Both the position numbers and the translations under genes were made by a program. A DNA stretch of 64,000 nt from the human T2T-CHM13v2.0 reference genome, Homo sapiens. Shown one piece after another: positions 1 through 17,248 of the stretch. Under the pieces are notes generated by a model that was not told the DNA's origin, did not search any database, and was given only the letters and a program-made list of their open reading frames with translations. The stretch covers positions 23,680,001-23,744,000 of the forward strand of contig CP086569.2 of assembly GCA_009914755.4 (NCBI GenBank). The letters are read 5' to 3'. How positions within the stretch are numbered: the stretch's first letter is position 1; each line of letters starts with the position of its first letter.

Positions 1-312
1 TCTTTTTTTTTTCTTTTTTTTTTTTTTTCTTGAGATGAACTCTCACTCTGTCACCCAGGCTGGAGTGCAGTGATGTGATCTCAGCTTACTGTGACATCTT
101 TCCTATGAGTTCAAGCGATTCTTTTGCCTCAGCTTCCAAAGTAGCTGGGATTAAAGGTGCCTGCCACCACATCTGGCCAATTTTTTGTATTTTTAGTAGA
201 TACGGGGTTTCACCATCTTGGTCAGATGGGTCTTGAACTCCTGACCTCGTGATCTACCCACCTCAGCCTCCCAAAGTGCTGGGATTACAGGCATGAGCCA
301 CCATACCTTGCC
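1..312 (-). mobile_element. Alu SINE, antisense (poly-T at 1-30 is the A tail)
   Basis: Reverse complement of the Alu consensus is readable: ...cctcagcctcccaaagtgctgggattacaggcatgagccacc... preceded by a poly-T run. About 300 bp, dimeric Alu length. Confidence 0.9.
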
Positions 313-399
313 TCTTCCTGCAGGTTTTATAAAGCCCTGAGATGTTGTACAGAGTTTCATATATTGACCCAGCTCACATGTTTCTAATATACACCCTCA

Positions 400-770
400 C
401 CTAAAAGTTAAAAGTGTCAACCTCAAAAATCATGAGATTGTGTCATGTCACTGGGCCTAATATCGAGGTGTTGTGAGATTGTGGCTTAATTTTTTTTTCC
501 ATGGGCGCATTCTTACATATCACTTGGTCAGAATAATAATAATGTTACTCTTTTGCAGGAGCCTTGTCAACAGGGGATATTATCACATATCGCTGGGCCT
601 ATCAGCTAGGTGATATGCCTCTCCAGCCCGTGCTCAACCCCCTGAGGACATTTAGAAATATCGCTGAAACTAGCATCTAGGAAGTGTAATTCTCTTCCCC
701 TGCCTGAGTATTGCTTGTCAAAGGAATTGTGACATATGATTGATTACAAAACCTAGGTGGTATTTCTCTC
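400..770 (+). repeat. Short patch (~5 units) of the ~71-bp satellite, in the same orientation as the 60.9-64 kb block (attgtgacatat motif)
   Basis: Repeated motifs attgtgtcatgtcactgggcc / tattatcacatatcgctgggcctatcagctaggtgatatgcctctcc / ggaattgtgacatatg recur at ~70-bp spacing. The first unit (catgagattgtgtcat...) is almost identical to the unit that starts the block at 60,895. Confidence 0.6.
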
Positions 771-1089
771 TTCTCCATTCAAGGGTTTATTTCCGTGCTG
801 CATTCTGTTTCATTACTTTAGTGTTCTACTTTTATACCAGTACCAAAATTCTTTGGTTACTGTAGGTTTTTGTGCGTGTTTGAAAATTGTTAAATGTAAG
901 GCTTCGAATATTTTTCTTCTTTTTCAAGATTGTCAGGCTTTTTATAGTCCTTTGAGATCTTACAGGTTTTTTTTTTCTATTTTTGAAAAATATAATTAAA
1001 ATTAAAAAGAGGTGTGTTGAGTATTGGGTCACTAAGCAGCATGGACATCTTCACAATATTATGTCTTCCAACCCTTGAAATAAAGCCTA

Positions 1090-1414
<325 letters not shown>

Positions 1415-2889
1415 CTGTGTATTTTAATATTTTTATTTTTTGAATTGTTCAGCTTTTCTTCTTTTACTAATTTCTAGTTTCATTCCATTTGGGCTGTAAA
1501 TAATTGTAAAATTTCAATTAAAAAATCGTAAAGGCTTCTTTTCTGGTGTTACAGGTTGTCTGTGTAGAAAAATGTTTTATAAGCTATTGAAAAGAATGTG
1601 TATTCTGTTGTCTGTATACATTTATTAAGTGTAATGATTGTATAGTGCATTCAATTATTTTGTTTCCTTATTGATATTCTGTCTTGTTTATTTTTTACTG
1701 AAAGTGAGATATTGATGTATGCATCCATTATTATATTGCTGTCTATTTTTGCATCAATTCTGTCAATGTTTGCTTCATGTGTTTGGGAAAAGTTTCATAT
1801 ATTTGCAGGTTGTCTGTTAATGAAACCTTTTACTATAATTGAATGTACTACTTTGTTTCTTGTGAAATTTGACTAAAAGTAACTTTTGTTAAATATTACA
1901 GTTGTCAACTTAATATATTTTTGCCTCTTCTCCTCTCATTTGGTGAACATTTGCATGGAATGTATTTTTCATCCTGGCATTTTCAGTTTATGTTTTTATT
2001 GGCTCTGAAGTGAGTCTCTTGAAGCCATGACAGAGATCTTGATATAGATCTTGATGTAGTTAGATTTTTTTTTATTTTGAAGGATACAGTATTCTTGCTT
2101 AGACTCTTTTTCCTATGTTTTGACTATGTCATTCTCCTCTCTTCTTGCCTGAAATATTTATGTTCATAAATTTTCTGGTAATCTTGCAGAACCATGCATA
2201 CAAATAACACATCTCTTTGCTTCGTGCATTTCAGATTCTCTTCAAGTCTTTGACTTACAAAAACTGGTTATGTTTTGTCTTGTTAGAAATCTCTTTTTGT
2301 TAAACTTAGTTAAAATTTTCTAAGATTCTTGATTTTCTTATTTTTTTACTAATGTCGAAGTGCATATTACTTTTTGGACTTATATGCCAAAATTTTTATT
2401 TCTTTCTGTGCTTTCCATTTTTTGTTGGCTTCATTTTTGTTCTTTTATTTTGTTTTCTTTATTTCCACTTTACTCACTGAGCATCTTTGAGATGATAATT
2501 TTGATTGTTAAGGTAATTTATTTTTTCTTTTCAAAAATAGATCTAGAATTTAAATCAAATTTTCTCGGGTAATTTTTCCATCTTCATTTCATAATAATTG
2601 ATTCCTGAATGTTTATTTTTAGTTTTGGTTTAATCATATTATCTGACGATTTGTATGTCTTGTAATCTTAGGTTACAATTTGTATAACAAAAAGCTATAT
2701 GTCAAAATCTTTACTAAGTGTCCTTTGTCTTAAAAACATGTTGCCAATTTTTTAGACTAGAGATTCTTGGAGTCTCTCAGTCTGTTCTATGAATGTTTTC
2801 TCTGTGCTTGAGTGTTTTTTAGTTAAAAAAGTTTCCCTACGTTTTTTCTTTTAAAATTTTTTATATTTATTTATTTATTTATTTTATAA

Positions 2890-5800
2890 TACAACAGTAT
2901 TTTTCTCTTTTTTTAATTACACTTTAAGTTTTAGGGTACATGTGTACAACATGCAGGTTAGTTATATATGTATATGTGTGCCATGTTGGTGTGCTGCATC
3001 CATTATCTCGTCATTTAACATTAGGTATATCTATCTCCTAATGCTATCCCTCCCCCCTCGCCCCACGCCACAACAGGCCATGGTGTGTGATGTTCCTCTT
3101 CCTGCGTCCATGTGTTCTCATTGTTCAATTCCCACCTATGAGTGAGAACTTGCGGTGTTTGGTTCAGTTCCCATCTATGAGTGAGAACTTGAGATAGTTT
3201 GCTGAGAATGATGGTTTCCAGTTTCATCCATGTCCCTGCAAAGGACATGAACTCATCCTGTTTTATGGCTGCGTAGTATTCCATGGGATATATGTGCCAC
3301 ACTTTCTTAATCCAGTCTATCATTGTTGGACATTTGGGTTGGTTCCCAGTCTTTGCTATTGTGCATAGTGCCTCAATAAGCATATGTGTGCATGTGTCTT
3401 TATAGCAGCATGATTTATAGTCCTTTGGGTATATACGCAGTAATGGGATGGCTGGGTCAAATGGTATTTCTAGTTCTAGTTCCCTGAGGAATCACCACAC
3501 TGACTTCCACAATGGTTGAACTATATTATGTCCCACCAACAGTGTAAAAGTGTTCCTATTCTCCACAACCTCTCCAGCATCTGTTGTTTCCTGACTTTTT
3601 AATGATCGCCATTCTAACTGGTGTGAGGTGGTATCTCATTGTGGTTTTGATTTGCATTTCTCTGATGGCCAGTGATGATGAGCATTTTTTCATGGTTTTT
3701 TGGCTGCGTAAATGTCTTCTTTTGAGAAGTGTCTGTTCATATTCTTCGCCCACATTTTGATGGGGTTGTTTGTTTTTTTCTTGTAAATTTGTTTGAGCTC
3801 ATTGTAGATTCTGGATATTAGTCCTTTTTCAGATGAGTAGATTGCAAAAATTTTCTCCCATTCTGTAGGTTGCCTGTTCTCTCTGATGGTAGTTTCTTTT
3901 GCTGTGCAGAAGCTCTTCAGTTTAATTAGATCCCATTTGTCAATTTTGTCTTTTGTTGCCATTGCTTTTGGTGTTTTAGACATGAAGTCCTTGCCCTTGC
4001 CTAGGTCCTGAATGGTATTGCCTAGGTTTTCTTCTAGGGATTTTATGGTTTTTGGTCTAACATTTAAGTCTTTAATCCATCTTAACTTAATTTTTGTATA
4101 AGGTGTAAGGAAGGAATCCAGTTTCAGCTTTCTACATATGGCTAGCCAGTTTTCCCAGCACCATTTATTGAATGCGGAATCCTTTCCCCATTTCTTGTCT
4201 TTGTCAGGTTTGTCAAAGATCAGATAGTTGTGGATGTGTGGTATTATTTCTGAGGGCTCTGATCTGTTCCAATGGCCTAGATCTCTGTTTTGGTACCAGT
4301 ACCATGCTGCTTTGGTTACTGTAGCCTTGTAGTATAGTTTGAAGACAGGTAGCATGATGTCTCCAGCTTTGTTCTTTTGGCTTAGGATTGACTGGGCAAT
4401 GCAGTCTCTTTTATGGTTCCATATGAACTTTAAAGTAGTTTTTTCCAATTCTGTGCAGGAAGTCATTGGTAGCTTCATGGGGATGGCATTGAATCTACAA
4501 ATTACCTTGGGCAGTATGGCCATTGTCACGATATTGATTCTTCCTATCCATGAGCATGGAATGTTCTTCCATTTGTTTGTGTCCTCTTTTATTTCACTGA
4601 GCAGTGGTTTGTAGTTCTACTTGAAGACGTCCTTCACATCCCTTGTAAGTTGGATTCCTAGGTATTTTATTCTCTTTGAAGCAATTGTGAATGACAGTTC
4701 ACTCATGATTTGGCTCTCTGTTTGTCTCTTATTGGTGTATAAGAATGCTTGTGATTTTTGCACATTTCTTTTGTGTCCTGAGACTTTGCTGAAGTTGCTG
4801 ATCAGCTTAAGGAGATTTTGGGCTGAGATAATGGGGTTTTCTAGATATACAATCATGTCATCTGCACACAGGGACAATTTGACTTCCTCTTTTCCTAATT
4901 GAAAATCCTTTATTTCCTTCTCCTGCCTAATTGCCCTGGCCAGAACTTCCAACACCATGTTGAATAGGAGTGGTGAGAGAGGGCATCCCTTTCTTGTGCC
5001 AGTTTTCAAAGGGAATGCTTCCAGTTTTTGCCCATTGAGTATAAGATTGGCTGTGGGTTTTTCATAATTAGCTCTTATTATTTTTAGATACGTCCTGTCA
5101 ATACCTAATTTATTGAGAGTTTTTAGCATGAAGTGCTGTTGAATTTTGTCAAAGACCTTTTCTGCATCTATTGAGATAATCATGTGGTTTTTGCCTTTGT
5201 TTCTTTTCTGTTTATATGCCGGATTACGTGTATTGATTTTCATATGTTGAAACAGCCTTGCATCCCAGGGATGAAGCCCACTTGATCATTGTGGATAAGC
5301 TTTTTGATGTGCTGTTGGATATGGTTTGCCAGTATTTTATTGAGGATTTTTGCATAGATATTCATCAGGGATATTGTTCTAAAATTCTCTTTTTTGGTTG
5401 TGTCTCTGCCAGGCTTTGGTGTTAGGGTGATGTTGGCCTCATAAAATGAGTTAGGGAGGATTTCCTCTTTTTCTATTGATTGGACTAGTTTCAGAAGGAA
5501 TGGTACCAGCTCCTCCTTGCACCTCTGGTAGAATTCGGCTGTGAATCCATCTGGTCCTGGACTTTTTTTTGTTGGTAAGCTGTTAATTATTGCCTCAAAT
5601 TCAGAGCCTATTATTGGTCTATTCAGAGATTCAACTTCTTCCCGGTTTAGTCTTGGGAGGGTGTATGTGTCAAGGAATTTATCAATTTCTTCTAGATTTT
5701 CTAGTTTATTTGCCTAGAGGTGTTTGTAGTATTCTCTGAAGGTAGTTTGTATTTCTGTGGGATCAGTTGTGATATCCCCTTTATCATTTTTTATTGCATC

Positions 5801-6468
5801 TATTTGATTCTTCTCTCTTTTCTTCTTTATTAGTCTTGCTAGTGGTCTATCAGTTTTGTTGATCTTTTCAGAAAACCAGCTCCTGGAATCATTGGTTTTT
5901 TGAAAGGCTTTTTATGTCTCTATCTCCTTCAATTCTGCTCTGACCTTAGTTATTTCTTGCCTTCTGCTAGTTTTTGAATGTGTTTGCTCTTGCTTCTCTA
6001 GTTCTTTTAATTGTGATGTTAGGGTGTCAATTTTAGATCTTTCCTGCTTTCTCTTGTGGGCATATAGTGCTATAAATATCCATCTACACACTGCTTTAAA
6101 TGTGTCCCAGAGATTCTGGTATGTTGTGTGTTTGTTCTCATTAGTCTCAAGGTACAACTTTATTTCTGACTTCATTTCGTTAGGTACCCAGTAGTCATTC
6201 AGGAGCAGGTTGTTCAGTTTCCATGTAATTGAGAGGTTTTGAGTGAGTTTCTTAATCCTGAGTTCTAGTTTGATTGCACTGTGGTCTGAGAGACATTTTG
6301 TTATAATTTCTGTTTTTTTACATTTGCTGAGGTGTGCTTTACTTCCAACTATATGGTTGATTTTGGAATGGTTGGGGTGTGGTTCTGAGAAGAACGTATA
6401 TTCTGTTGATTTGGGGTGGAGAGTTCTGTAGACATCTATTAGGTCCGCCTGGTGCAGAGCTGAATTCA
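2890..6468 (-). mobile_element. LINE-1 (L1PA-type) 3' portion: ORF2 from just after the EN domain through RT and the C-terminal domain, plus 3'UTR. 5'-truncated, ORFs disrupted
   Basis: The reverse complement of the L1 3' end (cactttaagttttagggtacatgtgtacaacatgcaggttagtta...) lies at 2910-2990 after a T-rich tail. Minus-strand ORF fragments 3690-4529, 4617-5243 and 5912-6469 translate to L1 ORF2 peptides (…[11 protein letters not shown]…, …YADDM-like [13 protein letters not shown]…, …[20 protein letters not shown]…). Confidence 0.9.
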
Positions 6469-6553
6469 ATTCCTACAATAATAACAGGAGACTTTAACAC
6501 CCCACTGTCAACATTAGGCAGATCAATGAGACAGAAAGTTAACAAGGATACCT
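6469..6553 (+). mobile_element. Inverted 5' segment of the same L1 insertion (ORF2 endonuclease-domain fragment). Twin-priming-type inversion
   Basis: The plus strand reads tacaataataacaggagactttaacaccccactgtcaacattaggcagatcaatgagacagaaagttaacaaggatacc = ...IITGDFNTPLSTLGRSMRQKVNKDT. In L1 this lies immediately upstream of the ELNSALHQ segment that ends the minus-strand body at 6468. Homology stops at 6553. Confidence 0.7.
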
Positions 6554-7689
6554 TCAATTTCTTTAATGATTTTATGGAATTGCTATTTTACATTCTCCTG
6601 TCTTTATCTCTACATGTTCAATTAGAAAATCCTCAGTGAATACTTTTCAGTATGATAGAGAAAATATTGTGCAATTAATTACTGATAGATACACAGTGAA
6701 GTAATTTCTGGTTTTCATTTGGTGCTCTCACACTGAGGATAGAAAAGTCTTGGTTGTAATCTTACATGCTGAGGAGTTCTACTATGCTGTTTTCTTTTGC
6801 TCTGTGATCTACTGTCACAGTTGTTTGAACTTGCCACTGAAAAAAGTGGGAAATTGTTTCCCTCATGTCTACTCATCTCCCTTTCATAGGTTTTCTGGTG
6901 GTGCATTGTCTAGATGGCTTAGTAGCTCATGATCACAGAGGTCATATTTGACAAGAGAAAGCTTTGTTGCTCCAGGACTAAGTGAAGGTGTTTACCACCT
7001 AGTGCCTAAGGTTTCTCCAGAGCCACGATGGAGCTTAAAAACCATTACTGAAACCAGAAAGTGATGGCAGACATTGAGGGCTGCCCAGAGTAGAAAGCAA
7101 AATGCTCCCTTTTGCTTTACAAGTGGTCACTGCTTATTTGGTCATTAATGTTGCTTCTGACCATGACGTGTTTCTTGTTCATCTTTCTTGGTATTCCACT
7201 GAAGGTGCATCTAAGGAAACGAGCCCTGTGTGATAGTGGTAAAGAGAACAACTGCATCCTTCTGTAGCTGATGCCTTGTTGAGCTTTGAAGCACATTGAG
7301 AAGAATCTGAAATCCTTCCTCATTATGGGGTAAGTTGTGTCAAATTTGACTCCCATGTAAATGGCAGCAGGTTCACGATGTCAAAGAAGAAACTCAGAAT
7401 CAGTAAATAGGATATGGAGTTTTACTGGCGACTTACATAGAGGGGAGAAAGTCCAGTGTCAGTGGGCTTAGCAGGATAACCACGTCCACTTGGAAAAAGC
7501 ATGCAGTGTGCATAGCATATTTATTAAGCACATTTTTTCTGAACAATCTTTTATCTGTTGTCCTTCATTTAACAAAAAATAAGGGCCTCAGTCCCCTGTG
7601 TGGCCTACTCCATACCACAGCATGGGAGAGAGCAAAGGCTCAGACTTTCCTCATAGATAAAGAGTAATCTCCAGGTTGGCCACTACTAG

Positions 7690-7998
7690 ATTTTTTTTTT
7701 TTTTTTTTTTGAAATGAAGTTTCACTCTTGTTGCCCAGGCTGGAGGGTGTTTGCACAATCTCAGCTCACCGAAACCTCCGCCTCACAGGTTCAAGTGATT
7801 CCTCTGCCTCAGCCTTCTGAGTAGCTAGGATGACAAGCATTTGCCATGATACCTGGCTAATTTTGTATTTTTAGTAGAGACCAGGATTCTTCATGTTGAT
7901 AAGGTGGTTCTTGAACTCCTGACCTCAGATGATCCATCTGATTTGGCCTCCCAAACTGCTGGGAGTACAGGCCTGACCCACTGCAGCTGGCCAGGCCA
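7690..7998 (-). mobile_element. Alu SINE, antisense
   Basis: Poly-T at 7690-7710, then gttgcccaggctggagg...gcctcagccttctgagtagctaggatgacaagc...ggcctcccaaactgctgggagtacaggcctgacccactgcagctggccaggc. Confidence 0.9.
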
Positions 7999-10900
7999 CT
8001 AGTAGATTTTTAGCTTGAAACTCTGAACACTCAGAAACATTTTTTATATAAGATCAGTCTTCAGGTATGTGCAAGACAAGTTACCACTGTCAGTTGCATC
8101 CATCATACAGGCTGGTCCAGGCAGTGGAGGTTCTTCTTCCTGAGAATCTAGATTCAAACTTTTTTTTTCCTTTTTCTTGAATCCTTGGATTAACAGGAGT
8201 TTATCTAAAAAGCCTGATGTGTGTGCACATTGCTGGTATGGTTTTCTAAGTAAATGAGATGGCTTCTTACTTGGTAGGGTTTGTTCCTGTTACAGGTGTG
8301 TTCAGGCTGCTGAGGTGCCCATTCTCAAGATTTTCACTGGACATTCTGGGGTCCCAGTTCAAGTATTTTCCAATGTGAGTCAAGGTGAACCAGAGCCTGA
8401 AATTTTGGTTCAGTGTGGCCAGGCTGAGGCTGCCCTTTTAAAGGGAGAAATGTCAGGTTTGTGTCTTATTTTCCTTGTCATTTTAACATATCTTTTGGAA
8501 TGGAGACCAGAAAAGAATCTGGATATTTGACAGCCCTCCTCCTAGATCTGGTACTATCTATACATGACTCTTAAGTGTCAACGTAGTTTGAGAGATCTCT
8601 CTTCCTGGAATAGCCTGAGTAGCCTAAAGAACAATGATCCTTGATGCTTGGCTCATGTGGTCTTCAGAGGAATTTCAAAAACCATAGAATTTGGAGGGTA
8701 GAGAAAGAGCTGTTACAAGTGATATGTTGCAGATGAAATAACTGGAGGCACGAAGTAAATGGGACCTGCTTGGAATGGTACACACACTGCCTGAGTGCAG
8801 TTGAACAGTCAAGCCAGTTCTCTGATTTGGGCCTACACTCACAATGAAGAGGAATATTTTTCCTCAAGGGAAGCCCAGGGGTTCTGAGGATTATGGGTGC
8901 CAGTGAAGAAAAAATGTGATGCCTCAGCCTAGTGCTTTTGCTGCTCCTGGCTTGTGACTTTGGGGATTCAATTTTCTCATTAGAGACATGGGCAATGGAA
9001 GTCACTCAGTGACTGGCTGCTCACCCAAGTTTTACCAGGCCACTACCCAGTGCGCACCCTGGAGTTCCAGGTACAGCTTGTGGTTCAAAAGGCTGGGGGA
9101 TCTCTTGGGTGAGTTGAGGGCTTTGAGGGGGTTCTCCCACTCAGGGACCACTCATACCTACCCTTGTGTGCCCATCTGACAGCTCAGCATGTCTGCTGTA
9201 TGCCACCCTTACTTTCTGCTCTGGCCAAGCCCATGTCTCCCCGGATTGGCTAGGGGCACTTGCTCACTAAGTCCCAGGTGACCTGTCCGTCCTTCCTCCA
9301 ATGCACATCTTCAGGCAGGTGTCACCCAAATTTCCTCCTAGAGTGTGATCTCTGTGGGTTAGAGCAGCACATTCTGCTACAGCTTATTGACGAGTTACTA
9401 AATCACTGAATTTTCCAAGAAGAATGTGATCCTTGACACTCTTGATCTCCTTCTAGGGGGGCTGCACTTGTGGTTGCCATCCTGATTTCTTTGTGGAAAT
9501 ACCTAGTGGGTGAGGAAGGACTCAAGGACCGGGAACATGACAGAGCACCTAGGCTGACCTACCACGTGGCCCTCTGAGATCACTGCTGGCAGGAGTGTTT
9601 CATGGAGCTCCAGGCCCCTATTCTAAGATGCTTGCCCATAGCCCCTTCCGTGACTTCCAGGAAAGGTCTACTCTTTTAGCAAGCTGCACCCACTGGTCTC
9701 TAGGAGACAAGTATTCATTTACCTTTGTGTAAGTCACCTTCTGCTTCATTTCTATTAAATGTTCTCCTGGAAAAAAATGCCTAAGGAATGCTGGGTCTGT
9801 GCTGGAGCTTCTCTAAGTGCCAAAATCAGTAAGACGGTCTCAAAGATATAATTAATAGCACTTTCTACACAATATCTCAGGTTACTTTTGACCAATAATG
9901 TGTAAAACTAATACTATCCTTTCATTCTTCATATTACTTTATTTAGGTCATCATACAAACATTTCATTTTCTTGAAATTTTTTATGCCAATTATTGTATT
10001 TTCTCTACTTTGTTCTAATTGCTACCATTTTAGATGCAAAATTTTAGTAATATAATATGCTGCATAAAGGCTAATAGGTGATCACAACTTATTTAAACTG
10101 TAATTAGATTTCTTAAGTAAATAATTTCAGAAAACTGAGTTTATATTATTTGTATGAATTATTTTACATCTTATCCTCTATCTTAAGAAAATTTTAGCTG
10201 CATATGCAATTCAAAATTGGCAGATTTTTTAAATAGGCAACTTTAAAACATTTCATTGAATATGTTTGGTAATACAATTCTAAAATATTTTATTTTAGAA
10301 ACCAACACACTTGACAGTTGATATTCATATTATCTATGAAAGTAACATTATGAACATGCTTTTATAGTTTCCCAAAAGAAGAAAAAAGTCTATTCTGGTC
10401 TTCAGTAGTAAAACTTAAAGATTATGGAAATGAGATTAAATTTATTCACTAAAATACTTACAAAAACTGAGATTCATTAACTTGTTCTTTATTATTTACT
10501 ATATGATAATGAACAGATTATAAGATGTTCAGAATTTGCTTCATTATAGAAATAAAGCCAAACATCTCTTTGAAAGAATCATTACAATTAAACAGAAGAA
10601 ACCTATCATTTATATTATTTTAAAAATCACTGGAGGAGCCAAGATGGCCGAATAGGAACAGCTCCGGTCTACAGCTCCCAGGGTGAGTGAAGCAGAAGAT
10701 GGTGATTTCTGCATTTCCATCTGAGGTACCCAGTTCATCTCACTAGGGAGTGCCAGACAGTGGGCGCAGGTCAGTGGGTGCGCGCACCATGTGCAAGCCG
10801 AAGCAGGGCCAGGCATTGCCTCACTTGGGAAGTACAAGGGGTCAGGGAGTTCTCTTTCTGAGTCAAAGAAAGGGGTGATGGACGCACCTGAAAACTCGGG

Positions 10901-11533
10901 TTACTCCCACCAGAATACTGCTCTTTTCTGACCGGCTTAAGAAACGGCACACCACGAGATTATATCCCACACCTGGCTCAGAGGGTCCTATGCCCACGGA
11001 GTCTTGCTGATTGCTAGCACAGCAGTCTGAGATCAAACTGCAAGGTGGCAGCGAGGCTGGAGGAGGGGCGCCCGACATTGCCCAGGCTTGCTTAGGTAAA
11101 CAAAGCAGCAGGGAAGCTCGAACTGGGTGGAGCCCACCACAGCTCAAGGAGGCCTGCCTGCCTCTGTAGGCTCCACCTCTAGGGGCAGGGCACAGACAAA
11201 CAAAAAGACAGCAGTAACCTCTGCAGACTTAAATGTCCCTGTCTGACAGCTTTGAAGAGAGCAGTGGTTCTCCCAGCAAGCAGCTGGAGATCTGAGAAGG
11301 GGCAGACTGCCTCCTCAAGTGGGTCCCTGACCCCTGACCCCTGAGCAGCCTAACTGGGAGGCACCCCCCAGCAGGGGCACACTGACACCTCACACGGCAG
11401 GGTATTCCAACAGAACTGCAGCTGAGGGTCCTGTCTGTTAGAAGGAAAACTAACAAACAGAAAGGACATCCACACCAAAAACCCATCTGTACATCACCAT
11501 CATCAAAGACCAAAAGTAGATAAAACCACAAAG

Positions 11534-12541
11534 ATGGGGAAAAAACAGAACAGAAAAACTGGAAACTCTAAAAAGCAGAGCGCCTCTCCTCCTCCAAAGG
11601 AACGCAGTTCCTCACCAGCAACGGAACAAAGCTGGATGGAGAATGACTTTGACGAGCTGAGAGAAGAAGGCTTCAGACGATCAAATTAATCTGAGCTACA
11701 GGAGGACATTCAAACCAAAGGCAAAGAAGTTGAAAACTTGAAAAAAAATTAGGAGAATGTATAACTAGAATAACCAATACAGAGAAGTGCTTAAAGGAGC
11801 TGATGGAGCTGAAAACCAAGGCTCAAGAACTACATGAAGAATGCAGAAGCCTCAGGAGCCGGTGCGATCAACTGAAAGAAAGGGTATCAGCGATGGAAGA
11901 TGAAATGACTGAAATGAAGTGAGAAGGGAAGTTTAGAGAAAAAAGAATAAAAAGAAATGAACAAAGCCTCCAAGAAATATGCGACTATATGAAAAGACCA
12001 AATCTATGTCTGATTGGTGTACCTGAAAGTGACAGGGAGAATGGAACCAAGCTGGAAAACACTCTGCAGGATATTATCCAGGAGAACTTCCCCAATCTAG
12101 CAAGGCAGGCCAATGTTCAGATTCAGGAAATACAGAGAACACCACAAAGATACTCCTCAAGAAGAGCAAGACACATAATTGTCAGATTCACCAAAGTTGA
12201 AACAAAGGAAAAAATGTTAAGGGCAGCCAGAGAGAAAGGTCGGGTTACCCTCAAAGGGAAGCCCATCAGACCAAGAGTGGATCTCTCGGCAGAAACCCTA
12301 CAAGCCAGAAGATAGTGAGGGCCAATATTCAACATTCTTAAAGAAAAGAATTTACAAACCAGAATTTCATATCCAGCCAAACTAAGCTTCATAAGCGAAG
12401 GAGAAATAAAATACTTTACAGACAAGCAAATGCTGAAAGATTTTGTCACCACTAGACCTGCCCTAAAAGAGCTCCTGAAGGAAGCGCTAAACATTCAAAG
12501 GAACAACAAGAACCAGCCACTGGAAAATCATGTCAAAATGT
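11534..12541 (+). pseudogene. L1 ORF1 remnant (premature stop at ~11688 after ...RRSN; C-terminal half readable at 11989-12315)
   Basis: ATG at 11534 in the expected L1 context aaagatggggaaaaaacagaacag. In-frame taa at ~11688. Track ORF 11989..12315 (…MKRPNLCLIGVPESDRENGTKLENTLQDIIQENFPNLARQANVQIQEIQRTPQRYSSRRA…) is canonical ORF1p. Confidence 0.85.
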
Positions 12542-12606
12542 AAAGACCATCAAGACTAGGAAGAAACTGTATCGACTAACGAGCAAAATAACCAGCTAAC
12601 ATCATA

Positions 12607-16432
<3,826 letters not shown>

Positions 16433-16957
16433 ACAATGAGATCACATGGACACAGGAAGGGGAATATCACAGTCTGGGGACTGTGGTGGGGTGGGGGGAG
16501 GGGGGAGGGATAGCATTGGGAGATATACCTAATGCTAGATGACGAGTTAGTGGGTGCAGTGCACCAGCATGGCATATGTATACATATGTAACTAACCTGC
16601 ACAATGTGCACATGGACCCTAAAACTTAAAGTATAATAAAAAAAAATCACCAATTTATATTAAAAAAAAAAAAACTTACTGGATTTTACTTCTGGCAGAA
16701 GCAGGTTTTCTTAGTACCTGGTGCAATGAAACCAGCCTTCATATGTCACATAATTGCCCAAAATTTACCCTGAACAGAAGGCTGATTCTGCCAGTTTCTA
16801 AGAAGAGCTATGATTCTAAGAGGCCAGGACAGCAGGGCAGAAATAAAATATCCTTTGTTTATAACAAATGTTTGGTATTATTATTCCATATCACACAGTT
16901 TTTCTATCCTCAGAGAAATTAAGTTGAGGATAGGATGTGTCAAGATCTAGAATCAAG

Positions 16958-17248
16958 GCTTGGCGTGGTGGCTGACACGTGTAATCCCAGCAGTTTGGGA
17001 GGCTGAGATGGGCAAATCAGAAGGTCAGGAGATCAACCATTTTGTCTAACAATGGTGAAACCCCGTCTCTACTAAAAACACAAAAAAATTAGCCAGGCAT
17101 GGCAGTGGGCACATGTAGTCCCATCTACTTAGGAGGCTGATGCAGAAGAATCAATTTAACCCAGGAGGTGGAGGTTGTAGTGCACTGAGATCACACCACT
17201 GTACTCCAGTGTGGGTGGCAGAGCAAGACTCCATTAAAAAAAAAAATC
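16958..17248 (+). mobile_element. Alu SINE, sense
   Basis: ggcttggcgtggtggctgacacgtgtaatcccagcagtttgggaggctgagatgggcaaatcagaaggtcaggagatcaacc ... ccagtgtgggtggcagagcaagactccattaaaaaaaaaaa. Confidence 0.9.

Noticed and set aside
8280-8530. Possible exon (a …cctgttacag|gtgtgttcaggctgctgag… acceptor-like site followed by a 71-aa ORF)
   Set aside because: Splice-site-like strings are frequent by chance. The ORF has no recognisable homology, no donor site in frame, and no codon-usage signal that I can judge by eye.
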